A stretch of DNA of 21,489 bases from a bacterium (lineage in GTDB: Bacteria; Bacillota; Clostridia; Christensenellales; Aristaeellaceae). Shown in pieces: positions 1 through 5,064 of this stretch; within the stretch, counting starts at the first letter, position 1, and each line of letters opens with the position of its first letter. Below the pieces are notes generated by a model. The model ran no database searches. It was not told where the DNA came from and worked only from the letters and a program-made list of their open reading frames with translations. The stretch is from positions 1-21,489 of the forward strand of contig CAVFPH010000023.1 of NCBI GenBank assembly GCA_963624325.1, written 5' to 3'. Position numbers and translations under genes: made by a program.

Positions 1-663
1 ATCATCCACATCGACGGCATACCCCGTATGAACAGTAGCATTCTGCTGCCAGGCAACAGTGCGGTGAAGGGTAATGCAGCGCGCACGGTATTCGGGCATA
101 TGATTGGGCAGCAGAGGGAGATGATCCATTATTTCGCGATAAACAGCCGCGCACAGCTCAGCGTGGCTGCAAGGGGCATTGCCTTCCGGGTACAGCGAAC
201 GTACGATGGGGGAAAGCTCCGGCGGGAAAGCAGGCTGACTGAGATTGATCCCGATTCCGGCGATCATGCCAAGCGGCTCGCTGCCATTCCAAACGCCTTC
301 GCACAGGATACCGCACACTTTTTTGCCATCCAGCAGGGCATCGTTGACCCACTTGATATCAAGCTTCATGGCAGTCAGCCGTTCCGTGGCTCGGCATACA
401 GCCACGGCACAGAGCGTGGTAAGTCGGCCGGCAGGATATGCTCCCTGAAGCAAAATGCTCATGTACAAACCGCCTTCTTCGGAACAAAATGTCCGGCCCA
501 TTCGGCCGCGTCCGCCCTTTTGACGGCCGGCCACAACCAGGGTGCCGTTTGCCCCGCCGTTTAGCAAAATCGTGCGGGCATCGGCGTTGGTGGAAAGTGT
601 TTCCGGAAGAATGACAAGGGGAACATCCGGCAAAAGCCGGGAAAGGGACGCATAATCTGGCAT
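1..663 (-). CDS. birA: Biotin--[acetyl-CoA-carboxylase] ligase, class I (no N-terminal HTH). Partial: the C-terminus runs off the left edge of the window.
   Basis: This gene is not in the ORF track because it has no stop inside the window. The minus-strand frame is open from the ATG at 663-661 down to position 1. My translation reads MPDYASLSRLLPDVPLVILPETLSTNADARTILLNGGANGTLVVAGRQKGGRGRMGRTFCSEEGGLYMSILLQ...DIKWVNDALLDGKKVCGILCE. It contains the GRGRxGR biotinyl-AMP loop, the GGLYxS motif and the KW(P/V)ND...K.xGIL.E motif typical of BirA. The protein begins directly at the catalytic domain. Confidence 0.85.
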   Translation of the reverse strand, partial: MPDYASLSRLLPDVPLVILPETLSTNADARTILLNGGANGTLVVAGRQKGGRGRMGRTFCSEEGGLYMSILLQGAYPAGRLTTLCAVAVCRATERLTAMKLDIKWVNDALLDGKKVCGILCEGVWNGSEPLGMIAGIGINLSQPAFPPELSPIVRSLYPEGNAPCSHAELCAAVYREIMDHLPLLPNHMPEYRARCITLHRTVAWQQNATVHTGYAVDVDD

Positions 664-682
664 AACGGTTTCCTTTCTGCCG

Positions 683-712
683 TTGACCGCAGTACAGCGG
701 ATGCGTTATAAT
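683..712 (+). promoter_or_regulatory. Candidate sigma-A promoter for the SDR gene
   Basis: TTGACC (683-688), an 18-nt spacer, then TATAAT (707-712). The leader to the ATG at 730 would be very short, which lowers confidence. Confidence 0.45.
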
Positions 713-729
713 AACTTGGGGTGGTAAGG

Positions 730-1443
730 ATGAAAACAATGATTATTACCGGCGGTACACGCGGGATCGGCGCACAAATGGTGCGGTACTTTACTGCGCA
801 GGGCTGGCGTGTAATGTTCTGCTATAAAAGCAATCGGGAAAAGGCGGAAGTACTTGCACGGGAGACGGGCGCGCTTGCGGTGAACTGCGACGTGCGCGAT
901 GAGACGCAAGTAAAGACGATGATGGCGGAGGCAATTGCAGCCTTCAAGCATTTGGATGCCCTCATTTGCAATGCGGGAACGGCATGGACAGGCCTGACGG
1001 AGGAGATGCCGACTGCGGAATACGAAAACCTGTGCGATACCAACCTGCGCGGCGCTTTTCTGTGCGTGCGGGAGTCCTTGCCGCATCTGCGCAATACACA
1101 TGGAAGCATCGTGCTGATTTCGTCCATGTGGGGGAATGTCGGTGCCTCCTGCGAGACAGTCTATTCCGCCACCAAAGCCGGGTTGCAGTGCATGGCACGC
1201 TCCCTTGCCAAGGAGGTCGGCCCTTCGGGCGTAAGGGTCAACTGCATTGCGCCCGGAACCGTGGATACCGACATGATGGCCTGCTATTCCGAAGAGGACA
1301 AGCGCTCGCTGGCAGAGGAAACCCCGCTTGGGCGATTGTGCACGGCGCAGGATGTAGCGTATGCAGCGGAGTTTTTGCTCAGTGATCGCGCGGCCTTTAT
1401 TACCGGGCAGACATTGACCGTGGACGGCGGATTTACTCTGTAA
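730..1443 (+). CDS. Short-chain dehydrogenase/reductase, 3-oxoacyl-ACP reductase-like
   Basis: Contains TGGTRGIG (the TGxxxGxG Rossmann motif), NAG, and the Ser...YSATK catalytic YxxxK. It ends with the ITGQTLTVDGG typical of classical SDRs. I chose the ATG at 730 (MKTMIITGG) over the track's GTG at 721; the start is uncertain by 3 codons. Confidence 0.85.
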   Translation: MKTMIITGGTRGIGAQMVRYFTAQGWRVMFCYKSNREKAEVLARETGALAVNCDVRDETQVKTMMAEAIAAFKHLDALICNAGTAWTGLTEEMPTAEYENLCDTNLRGAFLCVRESLPHLRNTHGSIVLISSMWGNVGASCETVYSATKAGLQCMARSLAKEVGPSGVRVNCIAPGTVDTDMMACYSEEDKRSLAEETPLGRLCTAQDVAYAAEFLLSDRAAFITGQTLTVDGGFTL

Positions 1444-1497
1444 GCTGAAATTGCGGGATGGTTGTTTCAAACCCGCTGCATTATTATAACAGAAAAA

Positions 1498-1520
1498 GGT
1501 CGCTCCAGCGATCTTTTTTT
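1498..1520 (+). terminator. Rho-independent terminator after the SDR gene, flanked by an A-run so possibly bidirectional
   Basis: GGTCGCT-CC-AGCGATC hairpin (1498-1513) followed by T7 (1514-1520). An A5 run precedes it. Confidence 0.55.
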
Positions 1521-1526
1521 ATAAGC

Positions 1527-1558
1527 AAAACCGCCGCACTGCATACGCAGCACGGCGG
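1527..1558 (-). terminator. Rho-independent terminator of rplJ-rplL
   Basis: On the minus strand, CCGCCG-TG-CTGC-GTAT-GCAG-TG-CGGCGG is followed by TTTTGCTT. It lies immediately downstream of the rplL stop. Confidence 0.75.
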
Positions 1559-1574
1559 CGAATTCCAAAGGAAA

Positions 1575-1949
1575 TTACTTGATCTCGCACTTTGCGCCAA
1601 CGGCGGCAAACTGATCGGCGATCTTCTTGGCTTCGTCCTTGGAAACGGCTTCCTTGATGGTCTTGGGAGCGGATTCCACGAATTCCTTGGCTTCCTTCAG
1701 GCCCAGGCCGGATACGACTTCACGTACAACCTTGATAACCTTGATCTTCTCGGAGCCGGCGTCAACCAGAACGACGTCAAATTCGGTCTGCTCTTCGGCA
1801 GGAGCGGCAGCGGCAGCACCGGGAGCGGCGGCAGCGGCAACAGGAGCGGCAGCGGATACGCCGAATTCGGCTTCCAGTGCCTTAACGAGATCCATGAGCT
1901 CGATAACGCTCATGCCCTTAATGGCATTGATAAATTCTTCATGAGTCAT
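1575..1949 (-). CDS. rplL: 50S ribosomal protein L7/L12
   Basis: Translation [36 protein letters not shown]...[39 protein letters not shown]. It has an Ala/Pro hinge and a canonical C-terminal domain. The real start is the ATG at 1949, with GGAGGTC 7 nt upstream. The track's start at 2006 is an upstream in-frame extension. Confidence 0.96.
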   Translation of the reverse strand: MTHEEFINAIKGMSVIELMDLVKALEAEFGVSAAAPVAAAAAPGAAAAAPAEEQTEFDVVLVDAGSEKIKVIKVVREVVSGLGLKEAKEFVESAPKTIKEAVSKDEAKKIADQFAAVGAKCEIK

Positions 1950-2006
1950 GAGAATGACCTCCAATAATTTGATGTAGATGATTGAAAAACGAGATTCAAG
2001 CGGCAA

Positions 2007-2513
2007 TTACTCCTCGCCGGCCTGCTGCTTGCGCAGTGCCTCCAGGAAGTAGACCAGCTTTGCCACGGGCGCCTGCAGGCTGCCAACCAAACGGGACAGC
2101 AGCACCTCCTTGGAGGGCAGTTCGCTCAGGGCCTTGACCTGATTGACATCCAGCACTTCGCCATCCATCAATCCGGCCTTTACGGACAGACGACCGTCGT
2201 CCTTATTCTTGTTGATGAAGTCGTAAACGATCTTCGCGGGGGATACGGGATCCTTCATGCCGAAAGCATAAGCGCTGGGACCGGACAGGGTGTGATCCAA
2301 ACCGGTGATACCCATATCATCCAACGCACGGCGAACCAGCGTGTTCTTCAGCACGCAGTATTCAACGCCGGCAGCACGGAACTGATTGCGCAGTTCGGTG
2401 ACTTCCTCCACGGTGATGCCGTTAAAGTGCACGACTACCATGCTCTGGCAGTTCTTCAGCTTTTCGCTGATTTCGGACACAACGACCTTCTTTGCGTCAA
2501 GGTTCTTGCTCAT
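2007..2513 (-). CDS. rplJ: 50S ribosomal protein L10
   Basis: Translation MSKNLDAKKVVVSEISEKLKNCQSMVVVHFNGITVEEVTELRNQFRAAGVEYCVLKNTLVRRAL... It lies directly upstream of rplL. The start is the ATG at 2513, preceded by GGAAGGTGAAAC. The track's start at 2705 would run through the leader. Confidence 0.95.
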   Translation of the reverse strand: MSKNLDAKKVVVSEISEKLKNCQSMVVVHFNGITVEEVTELRNQFRAAGVEYCVLKNTLVRRALDDMGITGLDHTLSGPSAYAFGMKDPVSPAKIVYDFINKNKDDGRLSVKAGLMDGEVLDVNQVKALSELPSKEVLLSRLVGSLQAPVAKLVYFLEALRKQQAGEE

Positions 2514-2670
2514 TTCTTGTTTCACCTTCCGTCCGGCCATGGATAAAAAGAAGCCCCTGTGCATGGCACAAGGGCATAAAACACAATCATGCGCTTGTAC
2601 CTCGGCGGGCGGCATTGCCATTGAACGCTTTCGCGTACCTGCTGTCTGTGGCACGGGCTCTTTTCGAGCC
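2514..2670 (-). promoter_or_regulatory. L10-leader-like 5' UTR of rplJ-rplL with an internal intrinsic terminator (attenuator) at 2543-2575
   Basis: A leader of about 157 nt lies between the predicted promoter and rplJ. On the minus strand, the hairpin GCCCTTGTG-CCATG-CACAGGGGC (9 bp including one G.U pair) is followed by TTCTTTTTAT just before the rplJ RBS. This is the architecture of the Firmicutes ribosomal-protein L10 leader. Confidence 0.55.
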
Positions 2671-2676
2671 ATGGGT

Positions 2677-2705
2677 ACTTTAACATTTTTTTCGCCTAAA
2701 GTCAA
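2677..2705 (-). promoter_or_regulatory. Candidate sigma-A promoter of rplJ-rplL
   Basis: On the minus strand: TTGACT (2705-2700), a 17-nt spacer, then TGtTAAAGT with an extended -10 (hexamer at 2682-2677). Confidence 0.6.
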
Positions 2706-2739
2706 GCCCCATTTGAGACTTTTTGAAGCATTTGCGGAT

Positions 2740-2771
2740 AAAAAAACGAGGACATCCGAAGATACCCTCGT
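2740..2771 (-). terminator. Rho-independent terminator of rplS
   Basis: On the minus strand, ACGAGGGTATC-TTCG-GATGTCCTCGT (11 bp with two G.U pairs and a UUCG tetraloop) is followed by T7. Confidence 0.85.
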
Positions 2772-2791
2772 TTTTACCCGAAAACAGGGAA

Positions 2792-3142
2792 TTAATCGCG
2801 GCTGACATCCTTGATCTTGGCAGCCTTGCCCTGCAAACCGCGCAGATAATAGAGCTTTGCACGGCGCACCTTACCGCGGCGGATGATCTCGATATGATCA
2901 ACGCGGGGAGAATGCAGCGGGAACGTGCGCTCTACGCCAATACCGTAGCTGACACGGCGCACCGTGAAAGTTTCACGGCAGGAGCCGTTGCGGCGGGCAA
3001 TGACAGTTCCTTCAAACGCCTGAAGGCGTTCGCGGTTACCTTCAACAACCTTCACGAACACACGCAGGGTGTCGCCAACGTTGAAGTCGGGCCGATCGGT
3101 ACGGAGTTGTTCCTTCTCGATGGACTTGATGATTTCGCTCAT
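2792..3142 (-). CDS. rplS: 50S ribosomal protein L19
   Basis: Translation [101 protein letters not shown]. The start is the ATG at 3142, with GGAGGAA 7 nt upstream. Confidence 0.96.
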   Translation of the reverse strand: MSEIIKSIEKEQLRTDRPDFNVGDTLRVFVKVVEGNRERLQAFEGTVIARRNGSCRETFTVRRVSYGIGVERTFPLHSPRVDHIEIIRRGKVRRAKLYYLRGLQGKAAKIKDVSRD

Positions 3143-3238
3143 TGTGAGTGTTCCTCCTTCCCTCATAGACGTTCATACCCGACCGCTTCAAAGTGAAGCG
3201 TTTTGCCGACAGAGGACCGTCCGTTTCACACGAAGAGT

Positions 3239-3268
3239 ATTATAGCACATTTTTACTCCAACATGCAA
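3239..3268 (-). promoter_or_regulatory. Candidate sigma-A promoter of monocistronic rplS. The roughly 90-nt leader (3143-3232) contains a CGCTTCA-CTT-TGAAGCG hairpin.
   Basis: On the minus strand: TTGCAT (3268-3263), an 18-nt spacer, then TGcTATAAT with an extended -10 (hexamer at 3244-3239). I cannot confirm by eye whether the leader matches the L19 leader RNA family. Confidence 0.6.
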
Positions 3269-3360
3269 GCGAAAATTAGAGATTTTCGGATGAGATTGAA
3301 GAAAAAATAAGGCGTATGTGCCTGCATGGCAGACATTCGGCTGCAAACATGGCCGGTATC

Positions 3361-4830
3361 TTAGTCTTCCGACGTGAATTGAGACGGCGTTTTGCCGGTG
3401 TACTGGTGGAATACCTTGGTAAAGTAGCTGGAATCATCATAACCTACGCATGCCGCAACATCGCGCAGCAGCAGGTCCGGCTTTTCCTCAAGCAGCTTCA
3501 TGGCGGCTTCCATGCGGCGGCGGGTCAGATAGGCATTAAAGGTAGTATCGCTGTACTTGCGGAAAAGGCGGCTCAGGTAGGTTTGCGATATGCCGATTTC
3601 ATCGCATACGCTCTGCATACTGAGGGGCTGCGCATAGTTTTCATCAATATACTTTACAGCGTAGTCATACAATTCCTGCGGGGACAGCTTGCGGTCCCGG
3701 ATATTCCCGTTTTCAAACAGCAGGGTATAGACACTTGACATCAAATCACCATAGGAGCCGGCACAGCGGATGATATCGCCGAATTCTGTCAGCATTTCTT
3801 CCAATTGATTGCTCAGCGGCGGATACACCGAGACGGTTTGGTAGATGATCTGCCGAATCATGTGCCATGCCTGAATCTGCGGGGTCTGCTTGTGCTCCCA
3901 ATCCACGGCGAGGGAAACAAAATACTCCTTGATCATACGGAATTTGCCCATGCTGATAAAATATACCAGCTGTTTCAGATCCGAGGCGGGAAGCCGCTGA
4001 TGCTCATCGGATGCTGTCCCGCCTGAATAACGGATGATCTGATGCTTTCCGATGACGGCTTTGCTTTGCATCATCTGGATGGCCCATTCGATAAAGCTGG
4101 GAAGGGACTCGATCTCTCGTGCTTTCGGGGTATATACGGCGGTCCATGTGGGCAGATTGCCGGGCTTTGTCATGTATACGCTCAAATTGCTGATAAACTC
4201 GTCTATCGGCATGTCGGGGGAGATCAAAATGCGCTCGTCATCGTCCCGCCCACGCAGAATCTCATAATGCTCATCCTTGGGAAATACCATGGAGGTTGCG
4301 CCCAATGCGCGCGGAAGACGCAAATCAAGGTTGCCCCAGCGAATCAGGGCAAAGTAGAAGGTTTTTTGACGATACAGCTGAGAGGCGTTTTTCTTGGAAT
4401 AGGGCTGACCGCAGGCGATGGCAGGCAGGATTGTTGCAGCCATATCGGAGGAACTGGCATCTATTTTCTTTTCAATTGCCTGCAGAATGGCGGTCATTTT
4501 GCTGATGCTGACGGGCTTTAGCAGGTAATCGTCCACCCCGGCTTGGATTGCTCCCTGTGCGTACTCAAACTCTCCGTAGCCGCTGATGATGACAATGTGG
4601 ATATTGGGCTGCATGGCGCGGGCAGACTGCGCCAGTTCGATGCCGTTCATGCCGCGCATGCCGATATCCGTGATCAGCAGATCCACCGGGTGCTGCTCCA
4701 GATACTGAAAGCCCTGCTCGCCGCTGCCAGCCGTTCCGACCACCTGAAAATTGTGGGCAAACTGTTCGATGATGCTTTGAATAAAGCGCAGCGCGGGCAT
4801 TTCGTCATCCACAATCAAGACACGATACAT
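3361..4830 (-). CDS. Two-component response regulator, YesN-like (REC domain, linker domain, AraC-type HTH)
   Basis: N-terminal MYRVLIVDDEMPAL...LLITDIGMRGMNG...LLKP carries the receiver-domain acidic pocket (D8/D9), a phospho-acceptor (about D55) and a conserved Lys (about K105). The C-terminal LSMQSVCDEIGISQTYLSRLFRKY...DVAACVGYDDSSYFTKVFHQYTGKTPSQF is an AraC/XylS double HTH. The start is the ATG at 4830, preceded by GGGAGGGG. The track's start at 4947 is an extension. Confidence 0.9.
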   Translation of the reverse strand: MYRVLIVDDEMPALRFIQSIIEQFAHNFQVVGTAGSGEQGFQYLEQHPVDLLITDIGMRGMNGIELAQSARAMQPNIHIVIISGYGEFEYAQGAIQAGVDDYLLKPVSISKMTAILQAIEKKIDASSSDMAATILPAIACGQPYSKKNASQLYRQKTFYFALIRWGNLDLRLPRALGATSMVFPKDEHYEILRGRDDDERILISPDMPIDEFISNLSVYMTKPGNLPTWTAVYTPKAREIESLPSFIEWAIQMMQSKAVIGKHQIIRYSGGTASDEHQRLPASDLKQLVYFISMGKFRMIKEYFVSLAVDWEHKQTPQIQAWHMIRQIIYQTVSVYPPLSNQLEEMLTEFGDIIRCAGSYGDLMSSVYTLLFENGNIRDRKLSPQELYDYAVKYIDENYAQPLSMQSVCDEIGISQTYLSRLFRKYSDTTFNAYLTRRRMEAAMKLLEEKPDLLLRDVAACVGYDDSSYFTKVFHQYTGKTPSQFTSED

Positions 4831-4987
4831 AGCAGCACCCCTCCCAAGCTGTTTGATCTGGTAATATTGTATCATATTTCTTATGAAAATACAGCACTTG
4901 ACCGAATTTTCCATACATGTGTGCCGGATATTTTTATTATGCGGCACTTGTCCACATTATTTTGATTTGCTGTAAAAGATTTTCCTA

Positions 4988-5015
4988 TTGATATGAAAAA
5001 CTTTTGTCGTAAAAT
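4988..5015 (+). promoter_or_regulatory. Candidate promoter of GH3 paralog 1
   Basis: TTGATA (4988-4993), a 16-nt spacer, then TAAAAT (5010-5015). The -35 is preceded by TTTTCCTA (see findings). Confidence 0.45.
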
Positions 5016-5064
5016 AATACCATAAGGCTGAGATAGCCTCAAAACATGAAAGGAGTTTATTTCT

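Noticed and set aside
28-564. A 178-aa plus-strand ORF at the left edge, plus overlapping ORFs at 158-352, 245-448 and 359-739.
   Set aside because: The opposite strand encodes an unambiguous BirA catalytic domain (GRGRMGR, KWVND, GILCE) in a frame open to the window edge. The plus-strand translation has no recognisable features.
1801-1856. A GCN-rich quasi-repetitive tract (GGAGCGGCAGCGGCAGC...), which could be mistaken for a microsatellite or repeat array.
   Set aside because: It is the antisense of the Ala/Pro-rich flexible hinge of L7/L12 ([19 protein letters not shown]), a normal feature of rplL.
2007-4947. Long 5' extensions of track ORFs (rplL to 2006, rplJ to 2705, rplS to 3166, the response regulator to 4947). 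Similar extensions affect frr (16754), rseP (20291), GH3-2 (10299) and the PHP gene (14136).
   Set aside because: In each case an internal start codon sits 6-11 nt after a GGAGG-type RBS and coincides with the conserved N-terminus of the family. The extensions run through leaders, terminators or the RBS itself.
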